A stretch of DNA of 54,818 nucleotides from Nocardioidaceae bacterium (GTDB lineage: Bacteria > Actinomycetota > Actinomycetes > Propionibacteriales > Nocardioidaceae). The position numbers and the translations under genes are program-made. Shown piece after piece: positions 20,369 to 29,917 of the stretch (position 1 is its first letter; every line of letters starts with the position of its first letter). The notes under the pieces are model-generated. The model had not been told where the DNA came from. It did no database searches and was given only the letters and a program-made list of their open reading frames with translations. The stretch is taken from assembly GCA_013696555.1 (NCBI GenBank), contig JACCYJ010000093.1, positions 1 to 54,818 on the forward strand, read 5' to 3'.

Positions 20369-21361
20369 ATGTCCGACGACTTCGTGGTCGCCCGCAACCC
20401 GGAGCCGGAGTCGACGCTGCCGTACCTGCTGCGGCTGCCGCTCGGGAGCGATGGTGTGGTGCTGAAGGCGCGCGAGACGTGGCCTCGCACCACCAAGGTC
20501 TACTGCCACCGAGCGACCGGTTGGCCGGCCGAGGCGGAGGTGATCGAGCGGGTGCCGGTGCGGTCGTGCGTGCGACGCGGTGCAGCCATCGACCTGGTGC
20601 TCGACCGAGGGCGGGAGAATCGCTCGCAGTTCGTGATCACGCGCATCCGCGGCGGCCGGGAAGCGGTCTTCTGGCAAACCGCCCGCACAACAAGGCAGGC
20701 CCGGCCCAACGTCGGTCTGCCGACGAGCCGAGCCGCGGGGCTCGCGGGCCTGCGGATCCTCGTCGACAGCCACGAGCGCTACCCCTACACGTTCAGCCAT
20801 CAGCAGGTGACGACGCAGCGGCGGGCGCTGCCTGCTGGTGACTACGGCGTGGAGGTCGACGAGCGTCTGGTCGCGGTTGTCGAGCGCAAGAGCCTCGCTG
20901 ACCTTGTGAGCACCCTGACCATGGGTCGGCTGAAGTTCGCCCTTGCGGAGCTGGCGTCCCAGCCGCGCGCCGCTGTCGTCGTCGAGGACCGCTACTCGGC
21001 CGTGTTCAAGCTGGAGCGGGTACGCCCAGCGATCGTCGCCGAGGGGTTGGCCGAGTGCCAGGTGCACTGGCCGAACGTCCCCATCGTGTTTTGCGAGACC
21101 CGTGCACTCGCGCAGGAGTGGACGTACCGCTTCCTCGGGGTCGCGGCTGCATCCGCGGCCGAGGAACGGTTGGCTGAGCAGGTGGTCATGACGTTCCCCA
21201 CCGGTGTCCGGCTGCCGCCACCTGAGCCGACGACCGCCGAGGTGCGTCGCTGGGCAATGGACCACGGGTTCCCGGTCTCCGATCGCGGCAAGCTAAAGCC
21301 GGAGGTGTGGGCGGCGTACAACACCCACACCTCCGCGGATCTCAGTGGCGCGGACGGCTGA
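20369..21361 (+). CDS. ERCC4/XPF-type nuclease fused to a C-terminal Lsr2 DNA-binding domain
   Basis: ILVDSHE, LPAGDY, VVERKSLADL (ERCC4 core); C-terminal TTAEVRRWAMDHGFPVSDRGKLKPEVWAAY matches the Lsr2 AT-hook domain. Confidence 0.85.
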   Translation: MSDDFVVARNPEPESTLPYLLRLPLGSDGVVLKARETWPRTTKVYCHRATGWPAEAEVIERVPVRSCVRRGAAIDLVLDRGRENRSQFVITRIRGGREAVFWQTARTTRQARPNVGLPTSRAAGLAGLRILVDSHERYPYTFSHQQVTTQRRALPAGDYGVEVDERLVAVVERKSLADLVSTLTMGRLKFALAELASQPRAAVVVEDRYSAVFKLERVRPAIVAEGLAECQVHWPNVPIVFCETRALAQEWTYRFLGVAAASAAEERLAEQVVMTFPTGVRLPPPEPTTAEVRRWAMDHGFPVSDRGKLKPEVWAAYNTHTSADLSGADG

Positions 21362-22139
21362 CCTTGACCAGTTCCTCACGGGCACCATCGGGTGACACCC
21401 CGACCGCGAGGACCAGCCCGACCCCCTTGGCGTAGAACTTGTGCTCCAGCACCCACGGTGTCAGCGGAGTGCTGTCACCGGTGGCCAGCACGTCGCGATA
21501 GCGACCGGCGCGGACCTTGACGTCTTCCTTGGTCGAAAGGATCTGACCGGCGTCCTCGGCCTCACCCTCGTAGTACTCCTGGCGGTAGCTGCACCCGGGT
21601 TTCGGGTTGGCCGGGATCAGGATGCCGGCCTGGGCCCCGTCGACCCCGTACTCCCAGGAGCCCTCGCGGCTGACGACCTCGCCGTTCTCGTACTCCTTGG
21701 TGTTCTCGCCCAGATACCAGATGCTGCCCCCGCGGTCTTGCGCGTACCAGTCGAAGGTGTTCTCGACCAGATCGCCGTGCTCTCGGACCACGTCATGAAC
21801 CACGCGTGCCTTGATGCCGCGCACCATCCGGGTGCGATCCGTCACCCTGATCGTGACCCGCTGGGTGCTCTTGCCGTCGGTCTCGCGGTACGTCCACTTG
21901 CTGCCGGGCCTCATCGGCCAGTACGGGTTGGTGATCCGGGGGGTGAAGTCGGCCGGGTCCAGGTCGATGCGTGAGGCGCCGTGGGGCAGCTCGTACGGGC
22001 CGGGGAGCCGGCATCGGTTGTGCTCCGGTGCTGCGCCGCCGCCCTGGGCAGCCCCCGTGGTGAGCCAGGACATGCCGGCCATCGAAGCCACTCCTGCCGC
22101 AGCCAACAAGGAAAGTGTCTTGCGCGGTGAAGGGCTCAT
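21342..22139 (-). CDS. Secreted conserved hypothetical protein
   Basis: Signal-like N-terminus MSPSPRKTLSLLAAAGVASMAG; beta-rich body ITNPYWPMRPG, ENTFDWYAQD.GG.IWYLGE, YRQEYYEGEAED, KFYAKGVG. The longer ORF to 23708 is antisense shadow of the DUF445 gene. Confidence 0.8.
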   Translation of the reverse strand: MSPSPRKTLSLLAAAGVASMAGMSWLTTGAAQGGGAAPEHNRCRLPGPYELPHGASRIDLDPADFTPRITNPYWPMRPGSKWTYRETDGKSTQRVTIRVTDRTRMVRGIKARVVHDVVREHGDLVENTFDWYAQDRGGSIWYLGENTKEYENGEVVSREGSWEYGVDGAQAGILIPANPKPGCSYRQEYYEGEAEDAGQILSTKEDVKVRAGRYRDVLATGDSTPLTPWVLEHKFYAKGVGLVLAVGVSPDGAREELVKVSRPRH

Positions 22140-22209
22140 GTCCCGCTCCAGTTCGTCGTGTGTGGTTTCGTCGGGTGGTGCTCGCCGGTGAAGCGAACGT
22201 CCAAGCTCG

Positions 22210-22243
22210 AGCATCACAACCGACCGCTGAAGCCCCGCTGAGT
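22210..22243 (-). promoter_or_regulatory. Tandem TCAG-repeat response-regulator box with -10 element
   Basis: Minus strand reads ACTCAGC-gggg-CTTCAGC-N10-GATGCT, the same architecture as the two promoters at 41145-41238. Confidence 0.6.
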
Positions 22244-22283
22244 GCGAGCCAGTACGGCGTGACGTGCCTGAGATGCTGCGTCC

Positions 22284-23543
22284 ATGAGCGCCGTCACCGC
22301 CGTTGCCCTCGAGACCCCGGCCGATGCCGAGCGCCGCCGCGGGCTGCGCCAGATGCGAGCCGTCGCACTCGGGCTGCTCGTGCTCGCCGCGGTCGTGTAC
22401 GCCGCCACCGACGACCGCACCGGTGCGTGGGCGTATGTCCACGCCGCGGCAGAGGCGTCCATGGTCGGTGCGATCGCGGACTGGTTCGCGGTGACGGCGC
22501 TGTTTCGCCACCCGCTCGGGTTGCCGATCCCGCACACCGCCCTGGTGCCGACGCGGAAGAACCTGCTGGCACGCAGCCTGCGGGACTTCTTCGACGAAAA
22601 CTTCCTCACCGAGTCGATCGTGCGTGACCGTGTCGCCGCTGCTCAGGTGAGTCGACGGCTCGGGGGATGGCTGGTCGACGGCGAACACAGCAAGCGCGTC
22701 GTCGACGAATCGACGCGGATGCTGGGGCGGCTGCTGGCCGGCGTCCGCGACGACGACGTGACCGCCTTCGTCAACGATGAGATGTTGCCGCGACTGGCCG
22801 ACGAGCCGCTGAGTGAGGTGACCGGGCGGCTGTTGCAAGAGGTGGTCGCCGAGCAAGCGCACGTCGGCCTGGTCGACCTCACGCTGGTCGAGGCCCACCG
22901 CTGGCTCACCGCCAACGCCGAGACGGTACGCACCATCCTGCGCCAGCGGGCACCGTGGTGGAGCCCGGAATGGGTGGACGGGCTGGTCACGCAGCGCATC
23001 CACGTCGAGCTGGTCAACTGGGTCGCTGAGATCCGCGACGATGCCAGACACCCGGCCCGGCTCGCACTCGACCAGCTGTTGCGAGACCTCGCCCGCGACC
23101 TGCAGAACGACTCCAACACGATGGCGCGCGCCGAGCGCCTCAAGCGTCGCCTCCTCGGCACGCCGCAGGTGGCGACGACCGTGACGTCGCTGTGGCAGGC
23201 AGCTCGCCGGGCACTGGTCGTCGCGCTGGATGATCCGACGAGCGCGGTACGCCAGCGAGGGGTCAACGCCTTGGCGGCCTTCGGTCAACGACTGCTCGCC
23301 GACGAGGCTTTGCGGGTACGCCTCGACGGGTACGCCGCGGATGCGGCCGCGTACATCGTGGGCACGTACGGAACCGAGATGACCACGGTCATCACTGAGA
23401 CCATCGAACGCTGGGACGGCAACGAGGCGGCGCGGCGGATCGAGCTGCACGTGGGCCGGGACCTTCAGTTCATCCGCATCAACGGCACCTTGGTCGGTGG
23501 TGCGGCCGGGCTCGTGATCTACGCGTTGGCAAAGTTGGTCTGA
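22284..23543 (+). CDS. DUF445 family membrane protein
   Basis: AEASMVGAIADWFAVTALFRHPLGLPIPHTA; C-terminal IELHVGRDLQFIRINGTLVGG. Confidence 0.92.
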   Translation: MSAVTAVALETPADAERRRGLRQMRAVALGLLVLAAVVYAATDDRTGAWAYVHAAAEASMVGAIADWFAVTALFRHPLGLPIPHTALVPTRKNLLARSLRDFFDENFLTESIVRDRVAAAQVSRRLGGWLVDGEHSKRVVDESTRMLGRLLAGVRDDDVTAFVNDEMLPRLADEPLSEVTGRLLQEVVAEQAHVGLVDLTLVEAHRWLTANAETVRTILRQRAPWWSPEWVDGLVTQRIHVELVNWVAEIRDDARHPARLALDQLLRDLARDLQNDSNTMARAERLKRRLLGTPQVATTVTSLWQAARRALVVALDDPTSAVRQRGVNALAAFGQRLLADEALRVRLDGYAADAAAYIVGTYGTEMTTVITETIERWDGNEAARRIELHVGRDLQFIRINGTLVGGAAGLVIYALAKLV

Positions 23544-23678
23544 GCCGATACGACTCCGGCGACGTCGCCGGCCGTCGAGGGTCAACGGCTCGAGGAGGCA
23601 CCGGCGAACTTGCTCGGGCGGTTTGCGCCGGCATCGAACGCTTCCTGGCTGCGCGACACCGACTCGACACCAGCGTTG

Positions 23679-23742
23679 CGTCGAGTGGCGCCTTGCGGCT
23701 CGACTCATCGGCGTGTCGGCAACCGCTTCGCGCCAAACGACG
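23679..23742 (+). repeat. 64-bp intergenic hairpin repeat, copy 2
   Basis: CGTCGAGTGGCGCCTTGCGG...CGGCGTGTCGGCAACCGCTTCGCGCCAAACGACG. Confidence 0.9.
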
Positions 23743-23847
23743 GATAGCGGCCCCGGCGCTGGTGGTGAAGCGGTCGGCCAACCGGCTGAGTCCGGTATCA
23801 GCCGTTCGGACGAATTGCCCCGTCAGGCTGGCTTCTCAGCGTAATCG

Positions 23848-25410
23848 GTGCGCAACATGGAGTCACAACTCGTCGGGCAGACGTTCCCCCGTAACCGATG
23901 CAGAAGGGCGGTAATGCCGGTGTCGAGGCACAGGCGAAGCGGTCAACATCGCCTCGACAAGCACCGCCCACAAGGTGGGAATCACCGCATTGTGTCCCAC
24001 CGCTCGCACTCCCACGCCCGCGGCGTCACCACCGTTGCGGGCGTGGTGATTCTCATCTGCACCGCTGCTGGTGCGGCGTCGCTCGGGGTGCTCGAGCCCA
24101 ATGTCGATCTGAGCAGCGCAGCGCTCAACTCCGCTCGCAACCTCAAAGAGGTCGGCTCCGCTGCGGATTGGCGGACGAGCCTGCAACGCCCCGCCCCTAT
24201 CAGTGGCTCGACCGACACACTGGCGCCACGCAAGGGTTCGACGGCTGCCGATCGGTCCCGAAACAGTGATGCGGCGTCTGGGGTGGCGGCGCCCACAACG
24301 GTCAGTAACCTGCCGGTGCCCGCGTTGCGCGCGTACCGGAGCGCCGCGTCGGGCATTGCCCGCACCTACCCCTCGTGTCAACTGAGCTGGCATGTGCTGG
24401 CGGGGATCGGGCTGGCCGAGTCCGACCACGGTCGTGTCGGCGGTGCCGTCATGGAGTCCGACGGTCGCTCGGTGCCACGCGTCCTCGGGCCGGTGCTCAA
24501 CGGGCGCGGAAACGTCGCCGCCGTCGTCGACACCGACGACGGGGTCCTCGATGACGACGTGATCTGGGACCGCGCCGTCGGTCCTATGCAGTTCATTCCG
24601 CAGACCTGGGCGACGGTGGCCGCCGACGGTGACGGCGACGGTGTCCGCGATCCCGATGACGTCGACGACGCCGCGCTCGCCGCTGCCCAGTACCTTTGCC
24701 GCTACGGGCTCGACCTCACCGACGAGGATTCCCTCTCCGCCGCCTTGCACAGCTACAACGACTCACGCAAGTACGTGCTGGCCGTGCTCGCGTACGCCGA
24801 TGCCTACCGCCGCGGCGTGTACCCGACACTGCTCGCGGAGCCGCAGGCTCAGGTCAACCCCGCCCCGGGCCGCAAGGTGACATCCCAGCCACGAGGCGAC
24901 CGGCACCCCGGTGGGCCGGGCGTACGCCGGGACCCAGGACAGGGGTCGGGTAACGGCGGCGGATCCGACCCGGCGCCGCAACGCCCGAAGCCGCCGCAGC
25001 CGCCCAAGCCCGATCCGCCACAGCCCACGCCCGACCCACCGGCGCCTGCGCCCACACCCGAGCCGACTCCCGATCCGCCGAAGCCGAACCCGGTCACGAA
25101 GACCGTGGTGGTCACCGGGACGCTCAGTTGGTGCGGGGACGGCTGGTGTGTCGACGAAACGTACGCCGGACTTGTCGGCGGGTTGCTCGGCGTTGCCGAC
25201 CACGATGGGGATTGCCGCCTGGAGTCGACGTGGTCGGAGCTGAACGGGCTGGCGATGTCGGGCACGCCCGTCCGGGTGACGTTGCGGCAGACCCTGGTGG
25301 CCGGTCAGGTCACCGCCACCAAGGCGACGGCGTTCGAGATCCCCGACCCACCGGTGTGCGACGAGGCCGGACCCGTCCCGATCCCGTCCCCGACCATCTC
25401 GACCCCGTGA
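23848..25410 (+). CDS. Lytic murein transglycosylase (MltB/SLT-like) with Pro-rich linker; true start probably further downstream
   Basis: TM/signal segment; C.LSW.VLAGIGLAESDHG (catalytic Glu), DRAVGPMQFIPQTW, DAALAAAQYLC, YN.S..YV; PKPPQPPKPDPPQPTPDPP repeats. Confidence 0.85.
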   Translation: MRNMESQLVGQTFPRNRCRRAVMPVSRHRRSGQHRLDKHRPQGGNHRIVSHRSHSHARGVTTVAGVVILICTAAGAASLGVLEPNVDLSSAALNSARNLKEVGSAADWRTSLQRPAPISGSTDTLAPRKGSTAADRSRNSDAASGVAAPTTVSNLPVPALRAYRSAASGIARTYPSCQLSWHVLAGIGLAESDHGRVGGAVMESDGRSVPRVLGPVLNGRGNVAAVVDTDDGVLDDDVIWDRAVGPMQFIPQTWATVAADGDGDGVRDPDDVDDAALAAAQYLCRYGLDLTDEDSLSAALHSYNDSRKYVLAVLAYADAYRRGVYPTLLAEPQAQVNPAPGRKVTSQPRGDRHPGGPGVRRDPGQGSGNGGGSDPAPQRPKPPQPPKPDPPQPTPDPPAPAPTPEPTPDPPKPNPVTKTVVVTGTLSWCGDGWCVDETYAGLVGGLLGVADHDGDCRLESTWSELNGLAMSGTPVRVTLRQTLVAGQVTATKATAFEIPDPPVCDEAGPVPIPSPTISTP

Positions 25411-25462
25411 TGTGACGCTCGTCGCTTCCGGACCCGCCTCCATCGGCCCGCTTCCAATGGCT

Positions 25463-25529
25463 AAGGGTCACTTCCAATGGGTTCGAACCCATTGGAAGTG
25501 ACCCTTTCCCACGTGAACGTGGGAAAGGG
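25463..25529. terminator. 44-bp perfect palindrome plus an overlapping 13-bp-arm hairpin between convergent genes
   Basis: 25463-25506 AAGGGTCACTTCCAATGGGTTC/GAACCCATTGGAAGTGACCCTT; 25502-25529 CCCTTTCCCACGT-GA-ACGTGGGAAAGGG. A terminator role is inferred from position only. Confidence 0.6.
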
Positions 25530-25573
25530 ACGCCCGATCACGGTGCTCCCGATCCGCCGGATGCCCACCGCGG

Positions 25574-27988
25574 TCACTCGGGGTCTTGGCGCCGCTTTGC
25601 TGGCCCGGGGGCGCGCCTAGGGGGTTGCTCGGGTCGCTCGGGAACGTCAATAGTGGGTACCGCGAGCGAGGTCGCCTCGGTCGCAACGGTCAGCGTTTCG
25701 CCATGGTGGGTGATCTCGAACGGGTCGCCGCCAAGCAGCTGGTACGTCGCAGTCTCCCGGCCGATGTCGACGCTGAACCGGTTGCCGCGGAAACACATCC
25801 GGAACGCGATCCGCGACAACGCCGGCGGCAGCCGTGGCGCGAACGTCAGCTGACCATCGTGGTCGCGCATACCACCGAAGCCGGCAACCGTGACCGTCCA
25901 GGCTCCGGCGAGCGACGCGATGTGCAGCCCGTTGCGTACGTTGTTGTGCAGGTCGTGCAGATCGGTCAATGCCGCTTCGGCGAAGTAGTCGAATGCCAGG
26001 TCGAGCTGGCCGACCTCAGCCGCGATCACCGCCTGCGAGCAGGCCGACAACGACGAGTCGCGAACCGTCAACGCCTCGTAGTAAGCGAAGTTGCGCGCCT
26101 TCTCCTCCGCGGTGAAGGCGTCCCCGCGCAGATGCATGGCGAGCACGATGTCCGCCTGCTTGACGACCTGCTTGCGGTAGATGTCGAAGTACGGATAGTG
26201 CAAGAACAGCGGGTAATGGTCAGGTGGTGTGCCCTCGAAGTCCCAGCGGTCGTGGACGGTGAAGCCGCTGGCCTGCGGGTGCACGCCGAGCATCGAGTCG
26301 TACGGCAGCAGCATCGCCTCGGCGGCCTCCACCCAGGTCTTGTGCTCCTCGGCGTCGACGCCCAGCCGCTGGGCGACGTCGGGTTGGCGGTCGCAGATCG
26401 CCGCCGCCTCGCGCAGGTTCTTCTGCGCCATCAGGTTGGTGTAGACGTTGTTGTCGGCGACCGCGGAGTACTCGTCCGGGCCGGTCACACCATCGATGCG
26501 GAAGCCGCCGTGCTCATCGTGGTGCCCCAGTGAGCACCACAACCGAGCGGTCTGCACCAGCAGCTCGGCACCGCAGCTTCGCTCGAAGTCTTCGTCGCCG
26601 GTGGCCGCGAGGTAGCGGGCAACCGCGTCGGCCACGTCAGCGGAGACGTGGAACGCTGCGGTCCCGGCCGGCCAGTACGCTGAGCACTCGGCGCCGTTGA
26701 TGGAACGCCAGGGGAAGGCGGCACCGCTCTGACCCAGCAACCGGGCGCGCTGCATGGCCGGCTCGATCGTCGCGTGCCGCCAGCGCAGCGCATCGCGGAC
26801 CGCTTCTGGCTGGGTGTAGGTGAGCACCGGCAGCACGAACGTCTCGGTGTCCCAGAACGCATGGCCGTCGTAACCAGGACCGGTCAGCCCCTTTGCGGGG
26901 ATGGCTCGCGACTCACCGCGGGCCCCGGCCTGCAGCACGTGGAACAACGCGAAGCGGACGGCCTGCTGCAGCTCGGGGTCGCCTTCGATCTCGACGTCGG
27001 CGGTGTCCCAGAACGTGTCGAGGTAAGCCCGCTGGTCGGCGGCGAGACGGTCCCAGCCGGTCTGCACCACGCCGGTCAGTGCCGCGTCCACCTGGGCACG
27101 CAACGCCGGCACCGAACGTGTCGAGGACCAGCCGTACGCCAGGAACTTGGTGATGCAGAGGCGTCCACCCTCCGGTACCTCGGCGGCGGCGGTCACCCGT
27201 GCCAGGTCGTCTTCGACCAGGAGCCGGGTGTCGAGACCGTCAGGGGTTTCGAAGATGTGATCCATCGCGGCCGCCATGTGCAGCCCCGACTTGTGGGTGT
27301 GGTGGGCCAGCAGCGCCCGGTGCTCCGACCCGGTGGCGAAGTCCGGCCGCAGCGGCGACACAAGGTCGGCGGCAACCCGTGGGTCCTTGCTCCTCGACTC
27401 GATCGGTTCATTGGTCAGCAGGTCGGACTGGGCGACCAGCTGCAGCGGGCCGTCGAGGGGTTCGACGACGTAGCGGATCCCCGCGATGGCGCGCTGGGTG
27501 AACGAGACCAGGCGCTCGGTGGTGAGCCGGATGCGCCGGCCCGTGGGGGAGACCCAGACCGTCCGCCGGCGCAGCGTGCCAGCCCGGAAGTCGAGCGTGC
27601 GTACATGCTCCGGCGCGGTGCCGTAGCGCATGTCGAGTGGCTCGTCCTCGACGAGCAGCCGGATGATCTTGCCGTCGGTGACGTTGCAGACCGTCTGTCC
27701 ATCCTCGGGGTAGCCGTACCCCGCCTCGGCGTACGGCAGCGGCTGGGTCTCGTAAAAACCGTTGAGGTAGGTGCCCGGTAGTCCCCGGGGCTCACCCTCC
27801 TCGAGGGTGCCCCTCATGCCGAGGTGACCGTTGGACAGCGCGAACGTCGACTCGGTGCGCGCCAGCTGGTCGACCGCCAGGCCATGCCACGCCAGCTGCC
27901 ACGGCTCGGTCTTGTAGCCGCTGGGAGGTGTCTGCAGCTGCTGGGTGGAGTGCTTGTCCGGGCTCCAGCCGGAGTCGCCGCCGGTCAT
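25574..27988 (-). CDS. Glycoside hydrolase family 65 (trehalose/maltose/kojibiose phosphorylase-like)
   Basis: [53 protein letters not shown]. Confidence 0.93.
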   Translation of the reverse strand: MTGGDSGWSPDKHSTQQLQTPPSGYKTEPWQLAWHGLAVDQLARTESTFALSNGHLGMRGTLEEGEPRGLPGTYLNGFYETQPLPYAEAGYGYPEDGQTVCNVTDGKIIRLLVEDEPLDMRYGTAPEHVRTLDFRAGTLRRRTVWVSPTGRRIRLTTERLVSFTQRAIAGIRYVVEPLDGPLQLVAQSDLLTNEPIESRSKDPRVAADLVSPLRPDFATGSEHRALLAHHTHKSGLHMAAAMDHIFETPDGLDTRLLVEDDLARVTAAAEVPEGGRLCITKFLAYGWSSTRSVPALRAQVDAALTGVVQTGWDRLAADQRAYLDTFWDTADVEIEGDPELQQAVRFALFHVLQAGARGESRAIPAKGLTGPGYDGHAFWDTETFVLPVLTYTQPEAVRDALRWRHATIEPAMQRARLLGQSGAAFPWRSINGAECSAYWPAGTAAFHVSADVADAVARYLAATGDEDFERSCGAELLVQTARLWCSLGHHDEHGGFRIDGVTGPDEYSAVADNNVYTNLMAQKNLREAAAICDRQPDVAQRLGVDAEEHKTWVEAAEAMLLPYDSMLGVHPQASGFTVHDRWDFEGTPPDHYPLFLHYPYFDIYRKQVVKQADIVLAMHLRGDAFTAEEKARNFAYYEALTVRDSSLSACSQAVIAAEVGQLDLAFDYFAEAALTDLHDLHNNVRNGLHIASLAGAWTVTVAGFGGMRDHDGQLTFAPRLPPALSRIAFRMCFRGNRFSVDIGRETATYQLLGGDPFEITHHGETLTVATEATSLAVPTIDVPERPEQPPRRAPGPAKRRQDPE

Positions 27989-28731
27989 GAGGACTCCACC
28001 GCCGCCGAGTCCAGCAGCTCGTCGAGGTCTTGGACCACGATGTCGGCTCCCGCAACCTGCAGCGCCTCGGCCTGGCCCACCCGGTCGACACCGACGACGT
28101 AGCCGAAGTTCCCGGCTCGCCCCGCCTGGACTCCGGAGATCGCGTCCTCGAAGACCGCCGCTGCACCCGCGTCGACGCCGAGCTCCGCCGCCCCGGCGAG
28201 GAAGGAGTCCGGCGCCGGCTTCCCCTTCAGCTGCCGCTCGACGATCACGACCCCGTCGATGCGGGCCTGGACGAAGGAGTCAAGTCCGGTTGCCGCGAGC
28301 ACGGCCTCGCCGTTGGCCGAGGAGGTCACCACGGCGATCGCGAGCCCGGCGTCGCGGGCCGCTTCCAGGTAGCGGACCGAGCCTGGGTACGGGTCGACAC
28401 CCTGCTGTTCGATCACCGCGTGCAGCAGCTCGTTCTTACGATTGCCCACCCCGTTGATCGTGTCGGCATCTGCTGGGTCGTCCGGCGCCCCTTCGGGCAG
28501 TTCGATACCCCGCGAGGTGAGGAACGTGCGCACACCGTCGGCGCGTGGTCGGCCGTCTACGTACTCGTTGTAGTCAAGCGCTGAGAACGGCGTGAAACCG
28601 ACTCCCTCGCGGCTCAGCAGGTAGCCGTCGAAGGTCTCTTTCCACGCTTGCTGGTGGAGAACGGCCGTGCTGGTGAGCACACCGTCGAGGTCGAAGAGGC
28701 AGGCGCTGATATGCGCAGGAAGGCCAGTCAC
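27985..28731 (-). CDS. Beta-phosphoglucomutase family HAD hydrolase
   Basis: [42 protein letters not shown]; overlaps the GH65 start by 4 bp. Confidence 0.92.
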   Translation of the reverse strand: MTGLPAHISACLFDLDGVLTSTAVLHQQAWKETFDGYLLSREGVGFTPFSALDYNEYVDGRPRADGVRTFLTSRGIELPEGAPDDPADADTINGVGNRKNELLHAVIEQQGVDPYPGSVRYLEAARDAGLAIAVVTSSANGEAVLAATGLDSFVQARIDGVVIVERQLKGKPAPDSFLAGAAELGVDAGAAAVFEDAISGVQAGRAGNFGYVVGVDRVGQAEALQVAGADIVVQDLDELLDSAAVESS

Positions 28732-28804
28732 ACGCGGGAGCCTAATAGCCTGTCAGCTGTCCGCACGGTAAACGCGCCTCGCGCGCTCTCCGACCGGAGA
28801 CGTC

Positions 28805-29917
28805 ATGTCAGCACCAACAGGCTCGGACACCGAGCCACCGGGGCCGCCGCCCGAGGCCAGCGGGACGGACATTCGACGCTGGCGCCGACTGCTCGCCGCC
28901 GAGCAAGCCGAGGCCGCGGTCTATCGCGACCTGGCCCTGCGTCGGTCGGGAGAGGAGCGGGAGATCCTGCTCGCGCTCGCGGCGGCCGAGGGCCGTCACG
29001 AGCGGCACTGGAAGGCGCTGCTCGGTGACCGCGTCGGACGACCCCAACGCGGTGACCTGCGCACCCGCGTCCTCGCCGTGCTGGCGCGTCGCTTCGGGAG
29101 CGTCTTCGTGCTCGCGCTCGCACAACGCGCGGAGGCGCGTTCGCCGTACGAGACCGATGCTGACGCGACGCCGACGATGGCGGCCGACGAGAGGGTTCAC
29201 GAGGAGGTGGTGCGAGGCCTGGCAACCCGAGGCCGCAGCCAGTTGTCGGGAACCTTCCGAGCGGCGGTGTTCGGCGCCAACGACGGCCTGGTCAGCAACC
29301 TGGCCCTCGTTCTCGGAGTCAGCGCGACCGGGGCCTCGAACCGCATCGTCTTGATCACCGGGCTGGCAGGGTTGCTCGCGGGTGCGCTGTCGATGGGAGC
29401 CGGCGAATACGTCTCGGTGCGCTCGCAACGCGAGCTGCTCGAGATCTCCGCACCCAACCCCGACACCGGCAGCGTGCTGCCCCACCTCGACCTCGACGCC
29501 AACGAGCTCGCCTTGGTCTACCGCGCCCGAGGCATGCCATCGGACGAGGCGCAGCAGCGGGCCGCCCGTCGGCTGGCCGACCTGGAGACGCACGGCGTTG
29601 TCGATGACCCGTCGCCCACTGCCGACCAGCTCGAAGCCGTCGGCACCGGGGTGGGCGCTGCCCTGTCCAGCTTCGGATTTTTCGCATCGGGGGCCGTCAT
29701 CCCGGTGCTGCCGTACCTGCTCGGCCTGGAGGGTCGTCCGGCGTTGATCGTCGGAACCGTCCTGGTGGGGGTCGCGCTGATGGTCACGGGTGCCATCGTC
29801 GGGCTGCTGTCGGGGGGACCGCCGCTGCGACGGGCGCTGCGCCAGCTCGCCATCGGCTACGGTGCCGCCGCGATCACCATCGGGCTCGGGCTGCTGCTCG
29901 GCTCCGGTTTCGCCTAG
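28805..29917 (+). CDS. VIT1/CCC1 family transporter with N-terminal ferritin/rubrerythrin-like domain
   Basis: EGRH and ERVH di-iron-type motifs; [31 protein letters not shown]. Confidence 0.9.
   Translation: MSAPTGSDTEPPGPPPEASGTDIRRWRRLLAAEQAEAAVYRDLALRRSGEEREILLALAAAEGRHERHWKALLGDRVGRPQRGDLRTRVLAVLARRFGSVFVLALAQRAEARSPYETDADATPTMAADERVHEEVVRGLATRGRSQLSGTFRAAVFGANDGLVSNLALVLGVSATGASNRIVLITGLAGLLAGALSMGAGEYVSVRSQRELLEISAPNPDTGSVLPHLDLDANELALVYRARGMPSDEAQQRAARRLADLETHGVVDDPSPTADQLEAVGTGVGAALSSFGFFASGAVIPVLPYLLGLEGRPALIVGTVLVGVALMVTGAIVGLLSGGPPLRRALRQLAIGYGAAAITIGLGLLLGSGFA

Noticed and set aside
22140..23708. N-terminal extension of the 788-aa minus-strand ORF
   Set aside because: Antisense shadow of the DUF445 gene; only 21342..22139 looks like a real protein.
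24960..25090. Low-complexity CCG-rich repeats
   Set aside because: Explained by the Pro-rich linker of the transglycosylase.
25574..28731. GH65 + beta-PGM pair as a novel system
   Set aside because: A common, well-known actinobacterial gene pair.
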